This document shows, piece after piece, positions 1 through 8,959 of a stretch of 64,000 bases of DNA; positions within the stretch are counted from its first letter, which is position 1; every line of letters starts with the position of its first letter. Origin of the DNA: a virus; the IMG/VR virus record IMGVR_UViG_3300045051_000978, positions 32,001 through 96,000 of that record; one strand, 5' to 3'. A program made the translations under genes and the position numbers. The notes under the pieces were generated by a model. That model searched no databases. It saw only the letters and a list, made by a program, of their open reading frames with translations, and was not told where the DNA came from.

Positions 1-68
1 AAACAATCTGCGCTGCTGCCGTGAAAGCACAGTTGCTGCGGGTCTTCGTCGTATCGTTGCCAACGTCG

Positions 69-1583
69 TCAGTCGCCTTGAGGCATACCCTGCTCTTGGG
101 TGATGTCGATGGCCGACACGTCCCGCACGATCTGGTCCTTCCCGACCTTCTTGGAGAACTCGTGGAACTCTTCCACGGCACTCTGAATTGAAGCGAGCGT
201 CGCTTCGATCTGCGCTGCTGGACGCTTGCGTTTGGACGGCACCAGCGGATGCGCAATCCCACGCTGCTGGACACCTCCCTGAGGTTGCGCCTGGGCTGCA
301 TCCGGCGCAGCAGGTTCTGGGGCTGCTGGTTGTTCAGCAGGCGGCTGTTCAGCAAAGGACTTCAGTGCTTCGATGAACTCCTCGTAGGATATTTCCTGGC
401 CCGATTCGAGGTGAACGCGCAGCGTGTCGTACTTCACGACCAACGCCACGAAATTGTACCGCGCACGGCGAAGCCCTGTGCCTCGACCGTGCATGAAACT
501 GCCAAGAGGCGTGTGGATGGTCATGTAGCCGACCATGCCGCCGTCGGTTGCTCTCTGCCACGCAGTCGAACGCGCCTGCTTCACGTCGCTCATGAACGTG
601 TCCTTGTTGGCCCATGGCCACGCGTCCACTCCATACCGCACCGCGGCAGCGTAGGTCAGCGGCACGATCAGCGTGACGTTGTCGTCGTCGTAGACCGTCG
701 TCTTCTCTTTCCAGCGCCCCACACGCACGTCGGAACGAGCAGAGCGGGCCTGCCAGAAGTGCTTCACGCGACGCACAACGTCCTGCATCACGCCAACGTC
801 GCGGATGTCGTCAGGCGTCAGCGGTACCGGCTCGACAGCGTCCTCACCTGGATCAAGGTGGCGATACTTGTCGGAAATGACTTCGTTCATTTCGACGGCT
901 TTCCTGTATACAGAGAAGAAAGCCGTGGTGGTCTTTTCAACCATGTCGTACCGACCGACGGCTGCGACATGCCCTGGAAAGTCGTAGGAGTAACCGAACG
1001 GGGACCCTTTGGCGTGCGTCGTAAGGCGCGCAATCATGTCCTCTTCGGCATTCGAGGCCAGCCTCAGCGCGTCTGCACGCCGCGGTTCAAGTTTCGCCTC
1101 AACCTCACGGTTGATTTCTTCAGCAGCGCCAGGAGGCCAACGTCGCGAATCTGAGGGCAGACCGCGGTCTTTGACGGCCTTCTTGAGATAGCCGTCCATG
1201 AGACCGCGCTCAAGGGCAGCAGCAATCGCTGGCGCACGCTTGCGAGCCTCCTCACCGCCGCCAGCCTCAAAGAAAATCCAGTCGGTCCAGATGTGATTCG
1301 GCGTGGGGTCGAGTGCCATCAAGCGCTGCGCAGCGCGAAGGCTGATCTTGGAATCAGCGTAGCGCTCCTCGTCACGGGCGTTCGTAAACGAAAAATCAGA
1401 GCGGGACGGCGTGGGCGTCTTGTACGCGACGATCACCGGTTTACCGTCACGGACAAGGCCGTATTTTTCGAGCACGTCACGCTGCACCTGATCCAAGGTA
1501 GCAAGCCAACGGTGCCATGCAGGAGTAAGCGCTTCCTGCTGCCGCTTCATCTGCTCGGCCTTGGAATTTGCGGGAACTGGCAT
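69..1583 (-). CDS. Large-phage protein with DPT..W.DWI and YDDD..LIVP.T..A...YG motifs (divergent PcfJ/'WCT'-like family)
   Basis: Start re-called to ATG 1583 (MPVPANSK), 8 nt after TACTTA; motifs DPTPNHIWTDWI and VYDDDNVTLIVPLTYAAAVRYG. Confidence 0.6.
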   Translation of the reverse strand: MPVPANSKAEQMKRQQEALTPAWHRWLATLDQVQRDVLEKYGLVRDGKPVIVAYKTPTPSRSDFSFTNARDEERYADSKISLRAAQRLMALDPTPNHIWTDWIFFEAGGGEEARKRAPAIAAALERGLMDGYLKKAVKDRGLPSDSRRWPPGAAEEINREVEAKLEPRRADALRLASNAEEDMIARLTTHAKGSPFGYSYDFPGHVAAVGRYDMVEKTTTAFFSVYRKAVEMNEVISDKYRHLDPGEDAVEPVPLTPDDIRDVGVMQDVVRRVKHFWQARSARSDVRVGRWKEKTTVYDDDNVTLIVPLTYAAAVRYGVDAWPWANKDTFMSDVKQARSTAWQRATDGGMVGYMTIHTPLGSFMHGRGTGLRRARYNFVALVVKYDTLRVHLESGQEISYEEFIEALKSFAEQPPAEQPAAPEPAAPDAAQAQPQGGVQQRGIAHPLVPSKRKRPAAQIEATLASIQSAVEEFHEFSKKVGKDQIVRDVSAIDITQEQGMPQGD

Positions 1584-1620
1584 AACCAGCCTAAGTACCG
1601 ATTGTTTTCTGTTCTCTCGG

Positions 1621-2163
1621 ATGAGCATGCCGCGCTGGACATCCGAACAGTGGAACCAACACCCCAAGCGAGATTCGCTTATCGCCGGGACAGCCTCGAC
1701 GCCGCCCTCGACGCCGAACGCAGCGCCTGAACCAAAAACTGCGCCCGAAAATCCTCCAGCAGAGAACGCCGAACGCAAAGTGAAAATTCACTCGTTCGTC
1801 GTCCCCACGGAGCCCATGGGCAAACCGCGGATGACACGCAGCGACTCCTGGCGAAAGCGACCGGTCGTCCTGCGCTATCGAGCCTTCTGCGACACGGTAC
1901 GCGAACACGCTGGGCAGGTACCCGACAACGTTTTCAGCGTCGCCGTCATCAGCTACATCCCAATGCCCGCATCCTGGAGCAACCGAAAGCGAGACGCGCT
2001 GCGGGGGACGATGATGCGCCAAAAGCCAGACTGCGACAACGTCCTCAAGGGTGTCATGGACGCTCTGTTTGAAGACGACTCAAGCGTCGCCATCGGCACA
2101 TCGGTCAAAGTCTGGTGCGACGAAGCCGACACCCAACTCAGCATTCACCTGATCCACCTATGA
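1621..2163 (+). CDS. rusA: RusA-family Holliday junction resolvase
   Basis: MGKPRMT...KPDCDNVLKGVMDALFEDDS matches the RusA KPDxDNxxKxxxDAL...DD signature; start uncertain (1621 or 1780). Confidence 0.85.
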   Translation: MSMPRWTSEQWNQHPKRDSLIAGTASTPPSTPNAAPEPKTAPENPPAENAERKVKIHSFVVPTEPMGKPRMTRSDSWRKRPVVLRYRAFCDTVREHAGQVPDNVFSVAVISYIPMPASWSNRKRDALRGTMMRQKPDCDNVLKGVMDALFEDDSSVAIGTSVKVWCDEADTQLSIHLIHL

Positions 2164-2507
2164 GTATGTTTACACAGTCCTACGTCGAAGAAGCTCACCG
2201 CATCGCGCTGGAAGCGTCGCTGCGCGGTCGGGCAGGGTTGACGCCTCCCCTGCTTCTCAAGCTCTACAAGCACGCGCACGACGCCGCGCTCACCGGACCG
2301 TCGAAGGAAAACGGATTCTTCCACTCCAGAATCCAGACCGAAGCCTACGTCATCGGAACGTGTACGGACGCGAAGACCGGCTTCTACGTGCAGCTGGTGA
2401 AGCGCAGCAATGAGCCGCACATGCTTCTGACCATCGGGCAGAAGTTCGCCATGGAAAACGTCGATGCTGTACGCGGCAACATCAACACCCAGTTCTGGCA
2501 GGCATGA
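2160..2507 (+). CDS. Hypothetical protein
   Basis: ATGA overlaps with the genes on both sides. Confidence 0.6.
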   Translation: MSMFTQSYVEEAHRIALEASLRGRAGLTPPLLLKLYKHAHDAALTGPSKENGFFHSRIQTEAYVIGTCTDAKTGFYVQLVKRSNEPHMLLTIGQKFAMENVDAVRGNINTQFWQA

Positions 2508-3304
2508 GCACGCATACGCGAACCTACGACGGGCGAGTTGAGGCGGTCATCGTCTGCCTGAACTACGCGGACTTCCTTGCCGAAACTCTGCCGCGCAACC
2601 TGTCTCACATCGACAGGTTGGTCGTTGTCACCGGCTTCGAGGATCACGCCACACGTGAAGTGTGCCGGCGATGGTCTGTTGAGTGCGTCGTCAGCGATGT
2701 GTTTACGGAAAAAGGGGAGACGTTCAACAAAGGCGCAGGGATCAACTTCGGCCTGGGCGCGATCCGACAGAAGGGCTGGATCATTCAGATGGACGCCGAT
2801 GTGGTTCTGCCGAACAACTTCCGGAACATGCTCGACAAGTCCGCTCTGGACCGAGGCTGCCTGTACGGGTGCGAGCGTGTGAACGTCGTCGGTTACGACC
2901 GCTGGGCCAAGCTGAAGGAGGAATGGTTTACCGATCCGCAGTTCGCCTACCGGTACCTTGTCAGCAGTTCGCCCGATCTCCCCATCGGCGCGAACGTCGT
3001 ACACAAACAGTACGGCTACGTGCCCATTGGATTCTTCCAGCTCTGGCACTCCGCCTACATGCACGAATACGAGCTGCGCTACCCTGAAACGGAGGGCACG
3101 GCCGAGAACATGGACGTGCAGTGGGCGCTCCGCTGGCCCCGCGCCAAACGGCGCATGCTTCCAACCTTCCGCGTCTTCCACCTGGAGAGCGAAGGCGCAC
3201 ACATGGGCGCAAACTGGAATGGGCGCAAGACCAAACCGTTTACACCAAACGGCCAGCCTATGCCAGTGCCGCAGCGACCGGCTGGCTACGGGTACTGCTC
3301 TTAG
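2504..3304 (+). CDS. Glycosyltransferase, GT-A fold (GT2-like)
   Basis: AVIVCLNYADFLAETL, FNKGAGINFGL, DxD motif MDADVVLP, IGFFQLWH. Confidence 0.85.
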   Translation: MSTHTRTYDGRVEAVIVCLNYADFLAETLPRNLSHIDRLVVVTGFEDHATREVCRRWSVECVVSDVFTEKGETFNKGAGINFGLGAIRQKGWIIQMDADVVLPNNFRNMLDKSALDRGCLYGCERVNVVGYDRWAKLKEEWFTDPQFAYRYLVSSSPDLPIGANVVHKQYGYVPIGFFQLWHSAYMHEYELRYPETEGTAENMDVQWALRWPRAKRRMLPTFRVFHLESEGAHMGANWNGRKTKPFTPNGQPMPVPQRPAGYGYCS

Positions 3305-4949
3305 CGCAGTCGCTGTCCTTCGGAAGGAACTGGTTGACGTAGTTGACCAGCTCAACAGTCACCGGTTGGTTTTTCTGGCGCGCTGCAAGGCGCGCCAATT
3401 TGATCAGCGCCTTCACGCGCCGGCCACTGATCCCCTCGAACATGCTCGTCAGCGTGTCGATCTGGTCCTCGTCGAATTCCAGCAGGTAGTGATCCGAAAG
3501 AACGCGCCAGATGCGGCGCAGCGCTTCCTTCGTCGGGTAGGTGTACTCGATGTAGGCGGTAGCCCTGGAAAGAATGGCGTCGTCGATGATGGTGGCACGA
3601 TTCGAGGTCATGAAGAGCACGCCTCGATACGCTTCCAGGACGCGCAGGAAAACGCCCACAATGGCGTTTTGGTGAATGTCGTTCCCGCGTTCGTGGATGT
3701 ATACGTCCGCCTCGTCGATCAAGAGAATGGCGTTCCAACGCGTTGCGCGCTGCAACACCTTGCGCAGCTCCTTTTCAAGAGCCTCCTCGTCGGTGCCAAG
3801 CTGTGAACACTGCACCTCGTAGAGCGGGCGCTTGATCTGTTCGCTGAAGACTTGCGCCGTGAGCGTCTTACCCGTTCCAGGCGGACCAACGCAGATGACG
3901 ACAACGCCGCCCGTCTTGCCCTTGACGATGTCCTCCATCAACTGGCTGGACCCCGCAACCAGCATGCCGACCAGCGTCTTTCGGTCCTCGGGCAGCACCA
4001 GCTTGTCGATCACAGTCTCGTCGTAAACGTATTCGACGAGGTAGCTCACGTGCACCTGAAAATGCTGGTGAGCCTGGAGATCGAACACCGTGACATACGG
4101 GTGCAACGGCACCTCGGCAACTTCCTCGTCATCTGAATCCGGATCAGGAGTTTGACTCTCCGTCTTCCAAAACGAAGTCGAAGCGATGCTCGGACGCGAC
4201 CTGGACGACTTTTCCTCTCCGTTTTCTCCGCCTTCGTCCACGACAACCCGCGCCGGCTGACCCTCGCGCTCAAGGCTGACCCACTCGCGCCCGTAGCCCC
4301 ACGACGAAGCGGCCATGCCGTACCCATGAAACTGGTGGCCGATTTTTGCAGCCACCTCACGGTAACGGTCGATGGTGCCCTCGTACTCCTCAACCATGGA
4401 AGGCGTTTCCAAGTAGTAGCCTCTGGAGTTGAGCAGCTCGATGATGGTCTTGCGCTGGAAAATGTCGTCGCTGTAGAAGGTCAACATTTTGTCCGTGTTG
4501 CCGCCTCGCGTGGCGTACACCATTTTGATCGTGGCGTGCGCAGGCCCGCGGTCACGACTGCCCGGCGTGTAGTTGGCATCCACCACGTAAAGCGGCAGGG
4601 CTGCGCCGTCCTCCTCGTTCGCGTAAAACAGCCACTTGTGCGGCAGTGCCCCGACGCAGTGCTTCACAGCCACAGGCACCTGTTCAAGCTTGGTGATCGG
4701 CGCGCCGCCTGGCTTCGCTTTGAGCTTCAACCAGGAGTTGATCTTGTTGATCACTCCACGCGTTTTTTCATTTTGCAGGGTGCCCAGGTAGGCCAGGACG
4801 GCGCGAATCTCGATGTCCGTGAACTTGCCCAGCTCAATGTCGGCCATGGCGTCGTCGCCACGATACCGAAACGTCTCGATGAACTCGTCACGCAACGCCT
4901 TCTGCGTCACGAGTGCTCTGATCCAGGAACCCTTGAGATTTACGCGCAT
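3258..4949 (-). CDS. AAA+ ATPase
   Basis: Walker A GPPGTGKT, Walker B LLIDEAD, sensor FMTSNR, arginine finger IDDAILSR; starts 8 nt downstream of the tRNA. Confidence 0.9.
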   Translation of the reverse strand: MRVNLKGSWIRALVTQKALRDEFIETFRYRGDDAMADIELGKFTDIEIRAVLAYLGTLQNEKTRGVINKINSWLKLKAKPGGAPITKLEQVPVAVKHCVGALPHKWLFYANEEDGAALPLYVVDANYTPGSRDRGPAHATIKMVYATRGGNTDKMLTFYSDDIFQRKTIIELLNSRGYYLETPSMVEEYEGTIDRYREVAAKIGHQFHGYGMAASSWGYGREWVSLEREGQPARVVVDEGGENGEEKSSRSRPSIASTSFWKTESQTPDPDSDDEEVAEVPLHPYVTVFDLQAHQHFQVHVSYLVEYVYDETVIDKLVLPEDRKTLVGMLVAGSSQLMEDIVKGKTGGVVVICVGPPGTGKTLTAQVFSEQIKRPLYEVQCSQLGTDEEALEKELRKVLQRATRWNAILLIDEADVYIHERGNDIHQNAIVGVFLRVLEAYRGVLFMTSNRATIIDDAILSRATAYIEYTYPTKEALRRIWRVLSDHYLLEFDEDQIDTLTSMFEGISGRRVKALIKLARLAARQKNQPVTVELVNYVNQFLPKDSDCAKSSTRSQPVAAALA

Positions 4950-4957
4950 AGAAGAGG

Positions 4958-5031
4958 TGGTGCCTGCGGCAGGAATCGAACCCGCTTGTCCCGGTTTAGA
5001 GTCGGTAGGCCAGCCAATGGCCCACGCAGGC
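4958..5031 (-). tRNA. tRNA with CUA anticodon (amber suppressor), 74 nt, CCA encoded
   Basis: Acceptor GCCTGCG/CGCAGGC, D stem GGCC/GGCC, anticodon loop CT-CTA-AA, T arm GCGGG-TTCGATT-CCTGC, discriminator A then CCA; anticodon stem has only 3 Watson-Crick pairs. Confidence 0.88.
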
Positions 5032-5039
5032 TTTCAAAA

Positions 5040-5068
5040 TGTTTACACTTTTTCGCGAAACGGGTCAA
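5040..5068 (-). promoter_or_regulatory. Sigma70-like promoter for tRNA(CUA) and the AAA+ gene
   Basis: TTGACC-17 nt-TAAACA, 8 nt upstream of the tRNA 5' end. Confidence 0.55.
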
Positions 5069-5089
5069 GCGTTTCGGTTCTAAGAACTG

Positions 5090-5239
5090 ATGAACGTGCC
5101 AGAAGTGCATACCCTTCAGTTCAGCGCCAGCACGCTTTCCCAGAGGCTCAGCATGTCCTGGGTTTTCGCCAAAGCGGCGCTGATGGTTTTGTTTACGGGC
5201 ACGTCGCGCTTGCCGTTCCGCAAGAAAATAGAACCTTGA
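5090..5239 (+). CDS. Small hypothetical protein (49 aa)
   Basis: Read by hand (MNVPEVHTLQ...KKIEP); fills an intergenic gap. Confidence 0.35.
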   Translation: MNVPEVHTLQFSASTLSQRLSMSWVFAKAALMVLFTGTSRLPFRKKIEP

Positions 5240-5264
5240 CTGCGGTAGTGAAATCGTTTACAGG
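5236..5264 (+). promoter_or_regulatory. Early sigma70-like promoter, leaderless
   Basis: TTGACT-17-TACAGG; ATG 6 nt downstream. Confidence 0.65.
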
Positions 5265-5270
5265 TCCGCC

Positions 5271-5444
5271 ATGGCAAAAAAGTATACACGCCACTCGGGA
5301 GCTGATGCTCGGAGCGTCATCCTGACTTTCCGCATCAGTAAATCAGACCTTCGTGCCCTTCGCAGCGTCAGGGTTCCACGTCGCGAAACGGACAACACTG
5401 CTGCCCGTCGCATCGTCCTGGCCCACCTTGGACTGGCCGCATGA
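5271..5444 (+). CDS. Putative ribbon-helix-helix DNA-binding protein (57 aa)
   Basis: Read by hand: SVILTFRISKSDLRALRSV...TDNTAARRIVLAHL; ATGA-coupled to the next ORF. Confidence 0.55.
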   Translation: MAKKYTRHSGADARSVILTFRISKSDLRALRSVRVPRRETDNTAARRIVLAHLGLAA

Positions 5445-5710
5445 AAGCGCCTCCTCAATTCAACCAGCGGGAGATCAACGATCTGAAGGACGTGATCATT
5501 CTGCACCTCGTGGAAATGGCCGAGGCCAACTACGAGGGAGACCTGCACGCGAAGCTGGTAACGGGTAAACCGCTCGACCAGGGCGAATGCGGGCACTACG
5601 TCGATCTCATGCGAAGGCAGAACTTGCCTGACCGCTTTCGCCCCCTACTCGATAAGCTGGAACGCCTTGCTCGCGAAAGTACGCCGCATCCTGCTTCGTC
5701 CGCGCCTTGA
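5441..5710 (+). CDS. Hypothetical protein
   Basis: ORF track; coupled start. Confidence 0.55.
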   Translation: MKAPPQFNQREINDLKDVIILHLVEMAEANYEGDLHAKLVTGKPLDQGECGHYVDLMRRQNLPDRFRPLLDKLERLARESTPHPASSAP

Positions 5711-6107
5711 CCTTGTAGGTTCGGAACACCTGATCGAGTGCTTTGCCGTCAATCGGCTTGGCCAGAATACCCACGACGCCGATCTCGGCAGCCTGCTGAG
5801 CGGCGTTGCTTTGCGTATACCCGGTGACGATGACCACAGGGACGTTGGGCCACTTGGCCTTGATAGCGCGCAGCACGTCCACGCCACTGATCCCGGGCAG
5901 GCACAGGTTGAGGAAAATCAGGTCGAACGGTCCAAGCTGGTCGATGCACGCCAAGGCATCTTCGCCCGTCTTCGCCCACTTCAGCTCGCACTCGTATTGG
6001 TGCTCAAGCCAGTATACAATTCCTGCGCCTACCGCTTCGTCGTCCTCCACTAGTAGCAGCTTTGGCGGACGAATCAGCGTTTCGAGCAGCGCAGTGACGG
6101 AACTCAC
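5607..6107 (-). CDS. Stand-alone response-regulator receiver domain; phosphoacceptor Asp replaced by Asn
   Basis: LLLVEDDE, FDLIFLNLCLPGISG, VVIVTGY, LAKP; GTG start overlaps the upstream stop. Confidence 0.85.
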   Translation of the reverse strand: MSSVTALLETLIRPPKLLLVEDDEAVGAGIVYWLEHQYECELKWAKTGEDALACIDQLGPFDLIFLNLCLPGISGVDVLRAIKAKWPNVPVVIVTGYTQSNAAQQAAEIGVVGILAKPIDGKALDQVFRTYKVKARTKQDAAYFREQGVPAYRVGGESGQASSAFA

Positions 6108-6502
6108 GGCTTCATCCAGTCGATCACGGTTTTGAGCACGACGGGTATCACAATCGTCGCCAGCCAAAACAAAATACCGGTCTTCCCGACGACAGCCGAC
6201 TTCCAGTCGCGCAAAGCCTGAACCTGTCCGCTGATCTCGCTGACCGCCTTGTCGTGGTTATCGATTTTCGGATCGATCTTGCCCTTCCACTCTTCGGCAT
6301 TCGACTGCCGGCGTGCCAAATCCACGACCATGCGATTCTGGTGCGCCAAGGACTGGAACATCCACTCGTACTGGTTCTCCAGGCGGCTGAGCGTCTCGAT
6401 CATGTGCCGCTCACCGTCGCTCAGCTTCCCAAGCAGATGCACCGGGATCGTCGATTTGAACTCCCGGCTGACCAATGGCTCGTATAGTCCAGGATCGGTC
6501 AT
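6104..6502 (-). CDS. Coiled-coil protein with C-terminal TM helix
   Basis: Heptad region then GILFWLATIVIPVVL; ATG 5 nt after TATTTA. Confidence 0.6.
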   Translation of the reverse strand: MTDPGLYEPLVSREFKSTIPVHLLGKLSDGERHMIETLSRLENQYEWMFQSLAHQNRMVVDLARRQSNAEEWKGKIDPKIDNHDKAVSEISGQVQALRDWKSAVVGKTGILFWLATIVIPVVLKTVIDWMKP

Positions 6503-6550
6503 TGTCCTAAATAGCGTGGTCACACCGTTGTAGGCACGAGAAATATAAGC

Positions 6551-6579
6551 GTGACGCCACGCCTAAAATTGTATACAGT
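6551..6579 (+). promoter_or_regulatory. Early sigma70-like promoter, leaderless
   Basis: GTGACG-17-TACAGT; GTG 6 nt downstream. Confidence 0.6.
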
Positions 6580-6585
6580 TCTCGT

Positions 6586-7674
6586 GTGAAGCCAAACGAG
6601 ATCGTTGAGATCATCGCCCGAGACTTCCCGGACACCTGGAAGCTCTGCCACCCAAGGCGAATTCTGCCACCCACTGGCTTCGTCAATCCAAAGCTGTACA
6701 GCGCCGCGATTTGGAGCCACGTGCGCCTCTGGTCAGACAACCAACTCGTGGCACAGCCGCACTTCACAACAGCAACCAGCTCCATGGCTTTGATCGCATC
6801 GGGCGTTCCGACGTACTTCGTCGATCCTGAGTTTTCGAGAGCAGTTGCACGCACACGTATCCCTGAAGGGCTAAGGCTGTCCGACCTGCGTTGGCCGCTC
6901 GCGTCGATGCTGCTGTGTCTGCACCCGTCCTTCGCGAAGGAATTTTTCGGCTACGACGTGCCCTTCATCAGTTTGAGTCGGTTGCCCGCTGGTAACTACC
7001 CCGACTGCTTGACCAAGATTCCGTGGGGTAGATTTTTCGGGCACGGCCAAGGGTTGACGTACACCAGCGACCGCATGAACATCGTCGGGTACTTCATCAT
7101 TTCAGACCCGTCCTTTCCGACAGAGTATTCTGGCACGTATCCGCTACACGCCGACCTGAATAGCGTCAAGGACGCGCCGTTCAGCGATGCCACACCGTCA
7201 GAGTGTGCTCAACTTGGCATCGCCGTCCCAACGGGAGGCACGACAGAGGAAGAAGATCGCACGCACAGCGAGCGCCTTCTATCGTTCGCAGTCAAGATGC
7301 TGCTGGTGCTGAGCGCAGCGCCCAGAACAGTGCGCTCTGGCGGGCTCGCAAGACCCATCAAGCTGAAGAAAGGACGCGTGGTGCAGGAGGAGCTGTGGCA
7401 CCCGAACGTCATCGGTTTCGGCTACAGGATCAGCAACAAGAGCGCGCCCAACCACGGCACGCACGCAGCACCTGGATTTCATATTCGATGGGGTCACTTC
7501 ACGCACCAAGTCAAGGGATCACGAGGTCCTGACTTTGTGTCTACAAGTCAGCTGCCGAAGAAAGCCGACGGTCAGATTGATTGGTCCCGGGTTGACGAGG
7601 ACACGCGGCTGCGCTTCTGGCAGAATCATGAAATCCGCTGGATTGAGCCTGTTGCCGTGAACACGCCGGCATAA
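6586..7674 (+). CDS. Phage early protein with C-terminal HxRxGH motif
   Basis: GTHAAPGFHIRWGHFTHQ...RWIEPVAVN. Confidence 0.65.
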   Translation: MKPNEIVEIIARDFPDTWKLCHPRRILPPTGFVNPKLYSAAIWSHVRLWSDNQLVAQPHFTTATSSMALIASGVPTYFVDPEFSRAVARTRIPEGLRLSDLRWPLASMLLCLHPSFAKEFFGYDVPFISLSRLPAGNYPDCLTKIPWGRFFGHGQGLTYTSDRMNIVGYFIISDPSFPTEYSGTYPLHADLNSVKDAPFSDATPSECAQLGIAVPTGGTTEEEDRTHSERLLSFAVKMLLVLSAAPRTVRSGGLARPIKLKKGRVVQEELWHPNVIGFGYRISNKSAPNHGTHAAPGFHIRWGHFTHQVKGSRGPDFVSTSQLPKKADGQIDWSRVDEDTRLRFWQNHEIRWIEPVAVNTPA

Positions 7675-7680
7675 TTGAGG

Positions 7681-7709
7681 TTGACGCAAGCGACGAATTC
7701 GTATACACT
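7681..7709 (+). promoter_or_regulatory. Early sigma70-like promoter, leaderless
   Basis: TTGACG-17-TACACT; ATG 6 nt downstream. Confidence 0.75.
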
Positions 7710-7715
7710 TTGTCC

Positions 7716-8114
7716 ATGCTTGAAATCGGCAAGACAAGGCAGGTGCGCGTCAGGCGTCGTGTAAACAAGAAGCTCGTTTACACCGACGAGACCAAGATCG
7801 TGGCCCGAGAAATCTGGGCTCAGACGAAGGATGAACTGGGCGGACACTTCGGACCCGACCGTCACCGCCGGCTCGTCGTTGGCCTCGTTGCCGGCGATGT
7901 GCTGGTCCTGTACCCGAAGGGAACGCGTCAGCAGGTCACCGTGCAGCTCAAAGACGTGTACGGCTGGGCCGTGCGCTCGAAGGCGCTGCGCACGCAGTTG
8001 GAGAAGGCCCGTGAGCGTAAGGCCAAACTGGCAGAGCAGCGCGAGGCGCGCAGGCGCGATGCTGCCGAACGAAGACTGCGCGATCAGGCCAGAAAGGACC
8101 GCAATGCGCAATAG
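7716..8114 (+). CDS. Basic hypothetical protein
   Basis: ORF directly after the promoter; Arg/Lys-rich. Confidence 0.6.
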   Translation: MLEIGKTRQVRVRRRVNKKLVYTDETKIVAREIWAQTKDELGGHFGPDRHRRLVVGLVAGDVLVLYPKGTRQQVTVQLKDVYGWAVRSKALRTQLEKARERKAKLAEQREARRRDAAERRLRDQARKDRNAQ

Positions 8115-8448
8115 CCTCTTGATCGCACTGGCAGCCGTGGCTTGCTCGTGCACGACCGTCTACGAAGCCCAGGGACCGTGTCAGCCCTCGCGCTCGAACA
8201 TGGCCGACCACACCGTCCTCAACAACACGCGCCTCAAGCTCGACGTGATCCAGGACGGCAAGACGGTTTACGCAGGTCTGAATCCGGGACAGTCCATCGG
8301 CGTGCGCCCGCGGCTCTGGAACGGTGTCTCCTGCGTGTCGGTCACCGGCTACACCGCCGAAGGCGATTACGTCGGCGCAGCCAACTGGGCGTTCATGTGG
8401 AACGTGCCTGAAACCTGGATCGTCTCCAGTCTCCAGCCTGCGCGCTAG
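8104..8448 (+). CDS. Putative lipoprotein
   Basis: MRNSLLIALAAVACSC signal peptide/lipobox. Confidence 0.6.
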   Translation: MRNSLLIALAAVACSCTTVYEAQGPCQPSRSNMADHTVLNNTRLKLDVIQDGKTVYAGLNPGQSIGVRPRLWNGVSCVSVTGYTAEGDYVGAANWAFMWNVPETWIVSSLQPAR

Positions 8449-8885
8449 CCGAGCATCCGCCGAACGATCTCACCTGCCGCCGTCTCAACCTGCGTCGCCT
8501 GCTGGCGCACCATGTTGAGACGTTTTTCTTTTTCAGGACCGTCTGCCATCGCCTGCGCCTGCTCCCAGGCGGCGAGAACGCCGTCAGGCGTCAGCACCTG
8601 CTCATCCGCGAAGTCGCGCCCCCACGGGTTTGCGATCTCAGTGCTCCGCGCTTCCTCGGCCGTCTCGGCGATCAAACGTCGGTCGTCATCACGCATCCGC
8701 TCGAAGTATGCGGTGGCGCGCCGAGCCGCAAAGGGCTCGCTGACCAGGGCCACACCGCGCCACTCTCGGCCAGCGAAGCTCTCGCGCAGCACACCGCGCT
8801 CCAGCACGCTGAAGTGGGTGCCGCCCTCGTTGCGGATTTCAACGCCGGGGTACCTCGGGTCGGTGTAGATTCGTGGCTCGCTCAT
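8445..8885 (-). CDS. Hypothetical late protein
   Basis: TACTTA upstream; C-terminus EIVRRMLG resembles the LLE-type leader. Confidence 0.6.
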   Translation of the reverse strand: MSEPRIYTDPRYPGVEIRNEGGTHFSVLERGVLRESFAGREWRGVALVSEPFAARRATAYFERMRDDDRRLIAETAEEARSTEIANPWGRDFADEQVLTPDGVLAAWEQAQAMADGPEKEKRLNMVRQQATQVETAAGEIVRRMLG

Positions 8886-8959
8886 GCCTTCTGGGTTTAA
8901 GTACCTCGCGGTAATTAGGGTATGCGGGCTCCGCCGGCAATCCAGCCAAATCCAGCACC

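Noticed and set aside
249-1154. Long antisense/alternate-frame ORFs (also 4152..5090, 36269..37051, 37193..38146, 53913..54959, 55665..56771)
   Set aside because: Shadow ORFs opposite well-supported genes, expected at this GC and codon bias; no motifs.
4958-5031. Pyrrolysine tRNA
   Set aside because: Same CTCTAAA loop, but canonical TTCGA T-loop, GG in the D-loop, two bases between acceptor and D stems and A73; no pyl genes in the window.
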